Source of the DNA: an uncultured Treponema sp.
GTDB taxonomy: Bacteria; Spirochaetota; Spirochaetia; Treponematales; Treponemataceae
Length of the DNA: 56,264 bases
Direction: 5' to 3'
NCBI GenBank assembly: GCA_946185185.1
Contig: CAMHIV010000001.1
Span: forward strand, 1 to 56,264
Part shown: piece after piece, positions 26,744 to 36,619 of the stretch
Layout: the number at the start of each line of letters is the position of its first letter
How positions within the stretch are numbered: position 1 is the stretch's first letter
Program-made: the position numbers and the translations under genes
The notes under the pieces: model-generated
What the model saw: the letters and a program-made list of their open reading frames with translations, nothing else
The model's database searches: none
What the model was told of the DNA's origin: nothing

Positions 26744-28582
26744 CTACTTCCTATCTGGTAAGCAATTGTTTTCAGTCAATTCGTTCAAATCTTCTTCGTT
26801 GGTGTAACGTATGATTCTGTAAGTATATCCTTGTTCTGCAAGAAATTTCTGTCGATTTGAACCAAAATCTTCTTCAACAGTATTGCGTGTAATCAATGTA
26901 AAGAAACGGCTTTTTCGTTCTTTCGGACGCAAGATTCGGCCTAAGCGCTGTGCTTCTTCCTGACGGCTTCCAAAAGTTCCGCTAAGCTGAATTGCGATTG
27001 AAGCGTCAGGTAAATCGATTGCGAAATTGGCAACCTTCGAAACTACAAGCACGTGAATTTTGCCATCCCGGAAATCTTTGTATATTTTATCTCGCTCAGT
27101 GTTAGGCGTTTTGCCGGTAATAATCGGGGCTTTTAATAGTTTTGCGACTTCGTTCAATTGCGCAAGATACTGCCCGATTACAAGAATTTTATCTTCCGGG
27201 AAGCGTTCTATGAGCTGTTTTGTTACTTCCATTTTGAGAGGATTTTCGCTGGAAAGCTTGTGTTTTTCACGTGGACTTGCAACCGCATAGTCGATTTCTT
27301 TTTCTTCCGGCAAATCCAGTCGGATTTCGGCACATTCGGCGCTTGCAATCCATCGGCTTTTTTCGAGTTCTTTCCATGGAACATCGTAGCGTTTTGGCCC
27401 AACAAGACTGAATACATATCCTTCGCAGCCGTCTTCACGGACAAGGGTTGCGGTTAGTCCTACGCGGCGGACAGCCTGAACTTCTGCGACTACACGGAAA
27501 ACCGGAGCAGGGAGCATGTGAACTTCGTCGTAAATTATGAGACCCCATTTCCGTTTTGTGAAAATTGAAAAATGCGGATAAGGACCGTCTTTTTCCGGGC
27601 GCCAGGTAAGAATCTGATAGGTTGCAACTGTAACTGGCGCAAGGGATTTGTTTTCGCCTGTGTATTCGGCAATCTGGTCGTCTTTTAAATTAGTTTTATC
27701 CTTAAGTTCCTGAATCCATTGGTGAACGGCCGAAATATTTGTTGTAATAATCAGAGTGCTGGTTTTAAGCAAATCCATGATTGTGATTCCGACAATTGTT
27801 TTTCCGGCTCCACAAGGAAGTACGATTGTTCCAAATCCTGTTCCTGGACCGCGATTTCCGATTAATGCATTTGCGGCTTCTTTCTGATAATTTCGGATTT
27901 CGAAAGGCTTTCCATTTTTTGTTGTTGAATTCAGGGAAAGTTCCAGAGGTTCGCCGTCTTCAAGCTGTACTTCATCTTTTACAGGCCATAAGGCATTAAG
28001 CAGGATTTGTTTAATTGTTCCGCGGTCGGTGAGCTTTAGCTGGAAGCAGTATTTTTTTTCATCGTCGGTTAGTTCGGCTGGCTTTTCAATTCCTTCTGGA
28101 GAATATTCGCATGGTTCCAGAAGTTTTTTTGCCTGAGGATTTGCTTTTATTTCTAGAAAAACCTGCCGTGAGTTTGCAACAAGATAGAGATACTGCTCTT
28201 CAATAGTTTTTATATCAGCTGATTTTTTTTCTTCGTTTAAAACGTCATAGGCTTTTACTGGAACTGTGATTTTTGGTCCAGGCACGAGTCTGAGTTTTCC
28301 AAATCGTCCTGCAGTTTCTTTAATCCACATCGAAATGTTTTGAGGAACATCGTAGCGTGCGTATTTTTCAAGGACATTTACTGCATCTTCCGGTGTAAGG
28401 CCTGCGCTTGTTGCATTCCACAAAGAAAGCGGAGTAAGCCGATATGTATGAAGATGCTCCGGAGAACGTTCCAATTCTGCAAATGGAATGAGTTCATTTC
28501 TGCATTCATTTGCAAGTGGCGCGTGTACGTCTAAGAGTAAAGTTCTGTCTCCCTGAACAATTAACGGATTATCAAATTGCAT
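26744..28582 (-). CDS. DNA repair helicase XPB (SF2)
   Basis: PLIVQGDRTLLL, LPCGAGKT, DEVH, LTATLVREDG, GSRQEEAQRLGRILRPK. Confidence 0.95.
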   Translation of the reverse strand: MQFDNPLIVQGDRTLLLDVHAPLANECRNELIPFAELERSPEHLHTYRLTPLSLWNATSAGLTPEDAVNVLEKYARYDVPQNISMWIKETAGRFGKLRLVPGPKITVPVKAYDVLNEEKKSADIKTIEEQYLYLVANSRQVFLEIKANPQAKKLLEPCEYSPEGIEKPAELTDDEKKYCFQLKLTDRGTIKQILLNALWPVKDEVQLEDGEPLELSLNSTTKNGKPFEIRNYQKEAANALIGNRGPGTGFGTIVLPCGAGKTIVGITIMDLLKTSTLIITTNISAVHQWIQELKDKTNLKDDQIAEYTGENKSLAPVTVATYQILTWRPEKDGPYPHFSIFTKRKWGLIIYDEVHMLPAPVFRVVAEVQAVRRVGLTATLVREDGCEGYVFSLVGPKRYDVPWKELEKSRWIASAECAEIRLDLPEEKEIDYAVASPREKHKLSSENPLKMEVTKQLIERFPEDKILVIGQYLAQLNEVAKLLKAPIITGKTPNTERDKIYKDFRDGKIHVLVVSKVANFAIDLPDASIAIQLSGTFGSRQEEAQRLGRILRPKERKSRFFTLITRNTVEEDFGSNRQKFLAEQGYTYRIIRYTNEEDLNELTENNCLPDRK

Positions 28583-28629
28583 AGCAGATTATGATACAAT
28601 AATCTGTAAAAGTTCACAATTAGGATTTT

Positions 28630-29730
28630 TTATTTTTCGTATTCCAAAAGAATGTCATCTCCTATCTGCTGAAGTTTTTTCAGTTTGAAGATGAATGCGT
28701 CATCGGGGCTGTCAACACCGCTTCCGATAACCGGAGTTTTTCCTGTTCCGCCGAATATTTTTGGAGCGCAGAAGGCGTAGATTTTTTGAACGATACCGCT
28801 TTCCAGTGCACTGAAATTTAATTCACCGCCGCCTTCGATAAGAATGCTGTCTATTTTTCGTTCGCCCAAAGTTTGAACGAGAAATTTTAAATCAATGTGA
28901 CCATTTTTATCGGCCGGAACTTTAAGAATTTCTGCGCCAGACTCGATTAGCTGCTGTTTTTTTTCTGAATCAGCGCTGGTGCAGGCGATTATGGTTGGAA
29001 TTTCTTTTGCAGTTTTTATTATCTGGCTATCAAGTGGAATTCGTAATTTTGAATCGCAGATGATTCGAACTGGATTTGTTCCGTTTGGAATTCTGCAGTT
29101 CAAAAGCGGATTATCGGCAAGAACTGTTCCAACTCCGCACATTATTCCTGCGTAGCGGTTTCTTAATTGGTGAACAAATTCCCGGCTTTTTTCGCCGGTT
29201 ATCCATTTTGATTTACCGGATTTTGTTGCGATTTTGCCGTCCAGGGTCATTGCGTATTTTAATGCAACGTAAGGTGTTTTTGATGTTATGTAATGAAAGA
29301 AAATCGGATTGAGCTCGTCACATTCTTCCCGCAGAAAATCTTCTACTACTTCAATGCCGTTTTCGCGAAGAAATGCGTTTCCCTTGCCGTGTACGAGTGG
29401 ATTAGGATCCCGGCTTCCAACAAAAACACGTTTTATGCCGCTTTCTAAAATGGCATGAGTACACGGAGGTTGTTTTCCAAAATGGCAGCAGGGTTCCAGG
29501 GTAACATAAATATCGGCGCCTCTTGGATCGTTTTTGCGGCGAAGGCAGTCGGCAAGGGCTTCCCGTTCTGCGTGCAATTCGCCGTATTTTGTGTGAAAAC
29601 CTTGCCCAATTATTATTCCGTCTTTTACGATTACGGCTCCAACAAGTGGATTTGGATTTGTTTTTCCTTCACCTTGGCGGGCAAGTTCTATTGCCTTTCG
29701 CATAAAGATTTCGTTATTCTGTTCTGCCAT
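28630..29730 (-). CDS. ribD: Bifunctional riboflavin deaminase/reductase RibD
   Basis: NPNPLVGAV, HAE, TLEPCCH..KQPPC, AMTLDGKIAT, IEGGG; start moved to 29730 to avoid overlap. Confidence 0.95.
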   Translation of the reverse strand: MAEQNNEIFMRKAIELARQGEGKTNPNPLVGAVIVKDGIIIGQGFHTKYGELHAEREALADCLRRKNDPRGADIYVTLEPCCHFGKQPPCTHAILESGIKRVFVGSRDPNPLVHGKGNAFLRENGIEVVEDFLREECDELNPIFFHYITSKTPYVALKYAMTLDGKIATKSGKSKWITGEKSREFVHQLRNRYAGIMCGVGTVLADNPLLNCRIPNGTNPVRIICDSKLRIPLDSQIIKTAKEIPTIIACTSADSEKKQQLIESGAEILKVPADKNGHIDLKFLVQTLGERKIDSILIEGGGELNFSALESGIVQKIYAFCAPKIFGGTGKTPVIGSGVDSPDDAFIFKLKKLQQIGDDILLEYEK

Positions 29731-29746
29731 TATTTTTTTTCCGGGT

Positions 29747-30202
29747 TTAGTAGCGTTTGTTATCCTTATTTTGTGCATACACTTTAAAAAGTTCAAGGCA
29801 TTTTTCACGTTCGAATTCTGTTTTCTGGAAAATATTATTTTTGCCTGCAAAGCTTTCGTAAAATTTGTCGTCTCGGAAGCCTATTTTATCGGTGTCTGAA
29901 ATTGTGCAGCCGTAGTAGACCTGGGTAATGTTTGCCCAAAGAATTCCGCCAAGGCACATCGGACATGGTTCTGCAGTGGTGTAAAGTTCACAGCCGGAAA
30001 GATCGTGGGTTCCAAGATTTTTGCAGGCGTCGCGGATGGCTTCCATTTCACCGTGACAGGTTGGATCTTTATTCAGAAGAACTCTGTTGTGTCCTCGACC
30101 AACTATCTTTCCATCTTTTACTACAACTGAGCCGAATGGTCCGCCGTGTTTTTTTTCGATTCCTTCGTAGGCTTCTTTCAAAGCTTCGTCCATATAATTC
30201 AT
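29747..30202 (-). CDS. Nucleoside/guanine deaminase (CDA fold)
   Basis: GGPFG, DPTCHGE, EPCPMCLG zinc-binding motifs. Confidence 0.9.
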   Translation of the reverse strand: MNYMDEALKEAYEGIEKKHGGPFGSVVVKDGKIVGRGHNRVLLNKDPTCHGEMEAIRDACKNLGTHDLSGCELYTTAEPCPMCLGGILWANITQVYYGCTISDTDKIGFRDDKFYESFAGKNNIFQKTEFEREKCLELFKVYAQNKDNKRY

Positions 30203-30987
30203 GTTGTTTCTCCTGTCGTATTTTTTGAATTAACTCCCAGACCAAAAAGCGCAAAATCTCCTTTGCACGGGTCGTCTGGCCAGATTTCTTTTAGTTTTTC
30301 TGTAATTATAACAGCAGTTTTTAAGCTTGCGGTGGAATTTTCTGGAATCAGACCTAGATTTTTTGCCTGCTGTAAAACATGGGTATCCAAGGGAATCAGA
30401 AGCTTTGAAGGGGAATACCAGTTCCATAGACCCAAATCAACCGGAGAATTTTTTCGAACCATCCAGCGCAGGTACATTTGAATCCGTTTGTTTGGGGTGC
30501 TTTTTCCTTTTGGGACAATTGTGCATTCCGGAAATGAATCGGAAATAATTTCGGCAAGGCTTTTATTTTTATCTGAGCGTATATTCTTTTCGAAAAGATT
30601 TTTAAAGTGTTCGCCAAGGGAGTTTGATTCTTTGAGAATTTTTAAAAGGGATCGAAAAAGGATTAATAAATCTTCATAAGAATAAAAGCGGTAAAATTTT
30701 TTATCTGGATTACCGTCGGGACTTTTAAAATCCGATTCGAAGCTGGAACTTGTAAGCCATTTTGCAAAACCACCCGCTTTATCTGCAAGCGAAAAGATTT
30801 CTTTGATTTTGGGAATAAATTGTTTTCTGTTCCCAAATGAAAGTAAGGCTGCAACGAATGAAGCAGTTTCTGCGTCTTTTGGCTCTTTGTAGTGATATAA
30901 AAATTGGCTCGGATCTGCGATTATAAAATCTGAGTTTTCGTATTTGTCTGCCAGGGTTATTAGTTGTTGTTTTAGTTCTTCTTTCAT
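30199..30987 (-). CDS. TIGR02757/DUF2400 family protein
   Basis: KRIQMYLRWMVR...VDLGLW, LIPLDTHV, DDPCKGDFALFGLG. Confidence 0.88.
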   Translation of the reverse strand: MKEELKQQLITLADKYENSDFIIADPSQFLYHYKEPKDAETASFVAALLSFGNRKQFIPKIKEIFSLADKAGGFAKWLTSSSFESDFKSPDGNPDKKFYRFYSYEDLLILFRSLLKILKESNSLGEHFKNLFEKNIRSDKNKSLAEIISDSFPECTIVPKGKSTPNKRIQMYLRWMVRKNSPVDLGLWNWYSPSKLLIPLDTHVLQQAKNLGLIPENSTASLKTAVIITEKLKEIWPDDPCKGDFALFGLGVNSKNTTGETT

Positions 30988-30993
30988 TGTAAT

Positions 30994-31036
30994 AAAAAAA
31001 GGCTGCCGGATTAAAATCAATCTTTCTGGCAGCCTC
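30994..31036 (-). terminator. Intrinsic terminator
   Basis: Minus strand AGGCTGCCAGA...TCCGGCAGCCT followed by a T run. Confidence 0.7.
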
Positions 31037-31046
31037 TTGTTTGGAA

Positions 31047-31652
31047 TTATGAATCTCGTCTTTTCAGATATTTTTGTACAAAGTCTGCAATCAAATCTAC
31101 AGTTCCATCAATCCCTAATTTTCCGGAATCTACGCAGAGATCATAAGATGAAGTTTCGCCCCACTTTGAGTGGCAGAAATAATCGTGATATGCCTTGCGT
31201 TTTTTGTCATGGCGTTCGATAGTTTTTACAGCCTCAGATGCAGTCATTCCCCGTTTTTCCATTACGCGTTTAACTTTTGTATCAAGGTCCCCGCGTACAA
31301 AGATTTTAAGAACATCTGCAATTCCCATAAAAATTTCGTCAGAGCAGCGGCCAAGAATTACAAAGGAATCTTCATCGGCTGCTTTCTGTTTCAGAAGAGA
31401 AAACTGCATTTCTGCAATGTTCTGTTCCGGCGAGTTTGTATATCCGCGTACAGTTCTGCTGAAGAACGGATTACGTGGTTTTTCATCGTATTTTTTAAGA
31501 GAATTTGTATCGACGTGCCGAATATTGGCAAGTTCATCCAAAAGGTTTCTGTCGAAAAATTCAAACTCAAGTTTTTCTGCCAGCTTTCTTCCTATTTCGT
31601 GTCCACCACTTCCATACTCTCGGCTGATTGAAATAATAATCTGTTTATTCAT
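31047..31652 (-). CDS. Cytidylate kinase-like family protein
   Basis: ISISREYGSGGHEIG, VILGRCSD, YDLCVDS. Confidence 0.88.
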   Translation of the reverse strand: MNKQIIISISREYGSGGHEIGRKLAEKLEFEFFDRNLLDELANIRHVDTNSLKKYDEKPRNPFFSRTVRGYTNSPEQNIAEMQFSLLKQKAADEDSFVILGRCSDEIFMGIADVLKIFVRGDLDTKVKRVMEKRGMTASEAVKTIERHDKKRKAYHDYFCHSKWGETSSYDLCVDSGKLGIDGTVDLIADFVQKYLKRRDS

Positions 31653-31679
31653 AGCACACCCCCAATCGAAAAGCCTATA

Positions 31680-33062
31680 CTATAAGTATCGCATGAAAAT
31701 TGAAATTGTGCTAACTAATAATACAATTACTGTTGCCGGAGCACAGATTTTGCAGTATTCGCCCCAGCCAACCGGATATCCGGCTTTCTGAGCTACAGAA
31801 GTTCCCACTACATTTGCGGAAGCACCGATTGGAGTTCCTGAACCACCGATATCTGTACCAATAGAAAGTGCCCACGCCATTACAGGAAGCATGCTTGCGC
31901 CCGTTGTGAGGGAAAGATTCTGGATAACTGGTACCATTGTTGCTGCAAACGGAATGTTGTCGATAAATGCAGAAGCGATTGCAGAAACCCAGATGATGAT
32001 AGCAATCATTACATAGATATTTCCTGCAGAAATCTTTTCGATGAATGAAGCAATCAGTTCAAGAATGTGTGTCTGTTCAAGTCCGCCAACAACAACGAAA
32101 AGTCCGATGAAGAACAGAATTGTCTGCCAGTCTACCTTTTTAAGAAGCAGTTTAGCGTGTTTTGCGGAAGTGATAACTGTAATGAGTGCAATGCCAGTTC
32201 CGATTGAAGCAACGCTTAAGTGTGTCTGCGCATGAGTAATGAGAAGAATTACAGCAAGTCCAAAAATTACGCTTGAAATGCCAAAGCCTTTTTTATCAGT
32301 GATTGCAGATTCTGGAGAAGGAAGCCAGTTTATATTCACTGCTTCCTTTGATTTAAGCTGGTTCCTGCAAACGAAATAAAAATATACAAGCATAATTAAA
32401 AGACCAATTCCGGCGATTGCTCCAGTGTTTGTGAGGAAGTCGATGAAAGTGTAATGGAGCTTAGAACCGATGATGATGTTCGGCGGGTCTCCACACATTG
32501 TTGCAGAACCACCAAGATTTGCACAGAAAATTTCGGCAAGAATCATTGGTACCGGATTAAATTTTAAAAGCTGAGAAAGTTCAATTGTTACAGCAGAAAG
32601 GAAAAGTATAACTGTAATTGAATCGATGAACATTGAAAGGAATGCACTCATCAGCATAAAAACGATAAAAATTGGGATAACCTGATATTTTACGGCTTTT
32701 GCAAGTTTAAGACAGAGCCAGCGGAAAAATCCCACGCGAGCCATTCCTTCTACCATTACCATCATACCCATAAGAAATATGATTGTTGCCCAGTCAATTC
32801 CTTTTGATTCTTCTTCGCCAGCAGCAGTATACCAGAATCCTGGTGTAAAGATGTTGTGAATGTTCAGCGTTTCTTTGATTGAAACCAGAGAAGAATATTC
32901 TTTTCCAAATAAATGAATATCCAGCTGCATGCCAAGACCAAAAACAAGCAGCAATGTGAGGGCTCCGCAAACCAGTGTGGTGTACTGTTTTGGGAACCGT
33001 TCTGTAATGATTAATCCGAACATAATCAAAAAGATTGTTACGGCAAAAATCTGCGCAAACAT
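31680..33062 (-). CDS. ArsB/NhaD (SLC13-like) ion transporter
   Basis: ANLGGSATMCGDPPNIII, SAFIDNIPF, GGSGTPIGASANVV; multi-TM. Confidence 0.88.
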   Translation of the reverse strand: MFAQIFAVTIFLIMFGLIITERFPKQYTTLVCGALTLLLVFGLGMQLDIHLFGKEYSSLVSIKETLNIHNIFTPGFWYTAAGEEESKGIDWATIIFLMGMMVMVEGMARVGFFRWLCLKLAKAVKYQVIPIFIVFMLMSAFLSMFIDSITVILFLSAVTIELSQLLKFNPVPMILAEIFCANLGGSATMCGDPPNIIIGSKLHYTFIDFLTNTGAIAGIGLLIMLVYFYFVCRNQLKSKEAVNINWLPSPESAITDKKGFGISSVIFGLAVILLITHAQTHLSVASIGTGIALITVITSAKHAKLLLKKVDWQTILFFIGLFVVVGGLEQTHILELIASFIEKISAGNIYVMIAIIIWVSAIASAFIDNIPFAATMVPVIQNLSLTTGASMLPVMAWALSIGTDIGGSGTPIGASANVVGTSVAQKAGYPVGWGEYCKICAPATVIVLLVSTISIFMRYL

Positions 33063-33153
33063 TTACGCCTCCAATAGGTGATTCCTTAATTGAAGACGAT
33101 TATAGTGATTTGTTCGGATAGATACAATAAAAATGGCTAGTACTAATTTTTAT

Positions 33154-34371
33154 TTACCCTTTACACTTAATATTGAGGCTGTCGAGTTCTGCTTGTACGT
33201 CGGCGCCGTTCCAGATGTTCCAGAGTGCAGAGCCGACTGCTCCCCAGAAGTTACCCATTGCAGGAATTGAAGGCATTGGGAATGCGGCATCTAGCTGCTT
33301 AAGGAAGCCTGCCATGTATTTACTGTTTACTGTTGTGTTTATTGATGGCAGAACTCCAGTTAATTCAAAGCGGAGTTGCTGCATTTCCGGAGTGATAAGG
33401 AAGGCGGCAAAATCGGCAGCTTCTTTCGGGTGTTTTGAATACGAAGTTACGAACATACCGCGGGTTCCACTGAAGGATGAAGCTGGTTTTGATTCTCCTG
33501 GAAGAGAAGGAATTGGTGCAACACCGAAATCAATGCCGGCCTTTTCAAAGGTGCTTACATTCCAAAGACCAGTTATGTGCATTGCCGCATTTCCAGAAGA
33601 AAACATACCGTCGCAAGCCGAAGAACTAAGTTCGATTCCTTCGAGATTGAGCTTTGTTCGCAGAGACTGGAAAAGCTTCATTCCGCTTACCGCAGCAGGT
33701 GTGTTCATGTTCGGATTTGTTGCTTCTGTACCAGATTCGCCGTAAAGTCTGTTTCCGTTTGCGGTTGTAAAAAGAATTGAATAATAACCGTTCGTAACAT
33801 CCATTACAAAACCAAGTTTATTTGGATGAGTTCTGTTAAAATTCTGTACCCAGCGGATAAGTTCTTCCCAGGATTTTGGAACTTCATTTTCTGAAATTAA
33901 TTTTTTGTTGTAGAAAAGTGCATAGGTTTCTGCGCAGGCAGGATATCCGTACATTTTTCCGCCATAGGTAAGAGCTTTTGAACAGGCTCCTAAAACCTTG
34001 CGTGAAACTTCAGATGCATTTTCAGTAGGAAGAATAAGTTTTTTGGAAACAAGTTTTCCAAGACTGTCGTGAGGAGAAGCAATTATATCTGGGCCGATAT
34101 CGTTTGGACCATCTGCTTCCAGCATTGGAATCATATCGTTCAAGCTTACATGAACATAATCAATTACGACATTTGGATTCTTTTCTGTATAAGCTTTTGC
34201 AGCCTGTTTGATAAATTCGTCTACGCCGTTTTTGGTTTCCCATACGCGGATATGAATTTCTTTATCACTTTCAATGGAGGTTCCCTTGTTATTTTTTGAG
34301 CAGCCTGTAAGTGCCAATGTAATCATTGCAAGAGAGGCAAGAATATAAGTTTTGTTTTTCAAAATATTCAT
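33154..34371 (-). CDS. Maltose/maltodextrin-type sugar-binding lipoprotein
   Basis: Lipobox LTGC, GPDI..SPHD.LG, ETYALFYNK, MPSIPAMGNFW. Confidence 0.85.
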   Translation of the reverse strand: MNILKNKTYILASLAMITLALTGCSKNNKGTSIESDKEIHIRVWETKNGVDEFIKQAAKAYTEKNPNVVIDYVHVSLNDMIPMLEADGPNDIGPDIIASPHDSLGKLVSKKLILPTENASEVSRKVLGACSKALTYGGKMYGYPACAETYALFYNKKLISENEVPKSWEELIRWVQNFNRTHPNKLGFVMDVTNGYYSILFTTANGNRLYGESGTEATNPNMNTPAAVSGMKLFQSLRTKLNLEGIELSSSACDGMFSSGNAAMHITGLWNVSTFEKAGIDFGVAPIPSLPGESKPASSFSGTRGMFVTSYSKHPKEAADFAAFLITPEMQQLRFELTGVLPSINTTVNSKYMAGFLKQLDAAFPMPSIPAMGNFWGAVGSALWNIWNGADVQAELDSLNIKCKG

Positions 34372-34384
34372 AATTTTTCTCCCG

Positions 34385-36478
34385 TTATACCTGGAACTGG
34401 TCTACCTGACCGCCGATTTCGTCGATAGAGTCTGTCATTTTTTCAGAAATTTCAGAAAGTGAAGTTCCTGTCTGTTTGATGGTTTCTGCACCATTCTGCA
34501 TTTCTTCCATACTCTTTTTAAGTTCAATTGTAGAATTCTGCAGATTCTGAATTTCTTTCAAAATTGCGGCATTTCCTTCTGACATTTCGTTTACGGCAGA
34601 AAGAACTATTTGTGTACTATCATTCATGCTGCCAAGAGATTCATTGATTTTTTCAGAACCTTTGTGCTGTTCTTCCATTGCGGTTGAAATTTCGCGTACA
34701 AGGTAATCTGTGGACTGAATCTCTTCACTAACATCTTTGAAGGCAATTCGCGATTCGTTTGAAGAAGTAATGATTTCGCGGATTGATTCCTGAATATTGC
34801 TGAGCTGTTCTCCAATTTCTTTCGACTGAGCAGTAGAAGTTTCTGAAAGCTTACGAATTTCGTCTGCTACTACAGAGAATCCCTGTCCGGCGTCACCAGC
34901 GTGAGCGGCTTCAATTGCGGCATTCATAGCAAGAAGGTTTGTCTGACTTGCAATTGCCTGGATTGTTTTGTTCGCATTTCCAAGCATTTGAGACTGTTCA
35001 CCGATGATTTCAATTTTCTTGCTCATGTCATCCTGTTTCAAGACGCCGTTTTCAGCCTTGTGTTCAAGGACTTCGAAGGATTTTGCCATTTTTTCTACAG
35101 ATGCGTTTACTGTAGAAATATTTTTAATCATTGCAGAAACTGCATCGCTGGCTACTTTTACGCCTTCAGATTGAGTTTCTACCATCCGCTCAAGTGATTC
35201 GATGTTTGAAGAAATTTCATGAACGGCAGTTGCAGTCTGGTCAACGCTTGCAAACTGCTGGCTTGTTCCTTCCTGAGTTGATTTGATGTTATCGATAATT
35301 ACGTTGATTGAATTCAGCGTGTCTTCTGTGTTTTTATTCAAAAGTGTCCCGACTTCAAAGAGGGAGTTTTTTGAATCCTTCATGACCGAAATGATTGTCT
35401 GGAGCTTTTGCGTAAAGGTGTTGAAGCCGTTTACAAGTTCTCCGATTTCGTAATCTGCCTTTATTTCGATGCGTTTTGTAAGGTCGGCTTTTCCCGAAGC
35501 GATTTGACCTATGCTGTCGCTTACACGGCGGAGTGGGCGCAGATTGTGTGAAAGAAGGTATCCGCTGAAACAACCTAAGATAATCGAAATTATGGTGATT
35601 ATTACCATGCGTCCCAAAATCATATTAAGAACTGCAAGCGCCTGAGCTTTGTCCTGTATGATTCCAAGATGCCAGGTTCCGCCGTTGATTGATACGAACG
35701 AAAGGAAGTATTGCTTTCCGTCCATGGCGAAGGTTTCGAGTCCAGTTTCGTTTTGAATCATTTTAATTTGAAGGTCGCGGAACTGTCCGAATCTGGTATT
35801 TGGTCCGAATTTTGGATCGTGGATATTGTTTTCCAATGCAGTTTTGTTTCTGTAATCTACACCGGCCATTTTGTCACCGGCATCATTTATGATGAAAATG
35901 AATCCGTTGTAATCAAGCTCGATGGAAGATGTAATCTGGTTTGTAAATGAAGCGTCTGCAACTCCGGAAAGAACGCCGGAAACGCTGCCTTGTCTGTCGT
36001 AAAGAGGACAGCTTACAACGACTACCATTTTCTTGTAGCGCTGGTCGTAAACAAGGTCGGAAATGTTGGATTTACCGGCAAGTGCCTGTCCGTAGTATGC
36101 TCGGTCTCCAACCCAAATGTCGTCACCCTGAGTTGAATGAGCCTGCCCGTTTATGTTACTAACTTCAAAGGATTCAAAACCGATTCGTCTTGCTTCTGCC
36201 TGCAGAATTGGTTTCTGAACTGCCCAGTTCATCTGGCGAATATCAGTCCGCTGTGCAATGGCTTCGACTTCACGGATGTACGCTTCGATGGAAAGTTCAA
36301 TAAGCTTCCCCGCATCGTCGCGACATTTAGTCATGGTACCAACTACTTGATTAGTCTGAATTCTATTTAAAAGATGAATTGAAAATGATGTCTGAACAAC
36401 ACAAATAAGAACGACTAGCAAGGCAATTCGTAATACAATTTTAAATGATAAACTGTTCGTTTTCATGTTTGCCTCCAT
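34385..36478 (-). CDS. Methyl-accepting chemotaxis protein (dCache-HAMP-MA)
   Basis: IASQTNLLAMNAAIEAAHAGDAGQGFSVVADEIRKLSE; Cache motif DRAYY..A..G...ISD. Confidence 0.95.
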   Translation of the reverse strand: MEANMKTNSLSFKIVLRIALLVVLICVVQTSFSIHLLNRIQTNQVVGTMTKCRDDAGKLIELSIEAYIREVEAIAQRTDIRQMNWAVQKPILQAEARRIGFESFEVSNINGQAHSTQGDDIWVGDRAYYGQALAGKSNISDLVYDQRYKKMVVVVSCPLYDRQGSVSGVLSGVADASFTNQITSSIELDYNGFIFIINDAGDKMAGVDYRNKTALENNIHDPKFGPNTRFGQFRDLQIKMIQNETGLETFAMDGKQYFLSFVSINGGTWHLGIIQDKAQALAVLNMILGRMVIITIISIILGCFSGYLLSHNLRPLRRVSDSIGQIASGKADLTKRIEIKADYEIGELVNGFNTFTQKLQTIISVMKDSKNSLFEVGTLLNKNTEDTLNSINVIIDNIKSTQEGTSQQFASVDQTATAVHEISSNIESLERMVETQSEGVKVASDAVSAMIKNISTVNASVEKMAKSFEVLEHKAENGVLKQDDMSKKIEIIGEQSQMLGNANKTIQAIASQTNLLAMNAAIEAAHAGDAGQGFSVVADEIRKLSETSTAQSKEIGEQLSNIQESIREIITSSNESRIAFKDVSEEIQSTDYLVREISTAMEEQHKGSEKINESLGSMNDSTQIVLSAVNEMSEGNAAILKEIQNLQNSTIELKKSMEEMQNGAETIKQTGTSLSEISEKMTDSIDEIGGQVDQFQV

Positions 36479-36619
36479 GCAAAAAAAACAAGTGCAATTT
36501 TTAGTGTATTACACTTTTTAGAATTCCTCAAATTTTATATCGAATAACGAATCTCAATTGACTTCTTTATTTCGACTCATTTGACCGCATAGAATTTGTT
36601 TTGTATAATTTGGAACAGT

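Noticed and set aside
29731-29850. Extended ribD N-terminus or FMN riboswitch
   Set aside because: Region is the 3' end of the deaminase gene; no RFN motif
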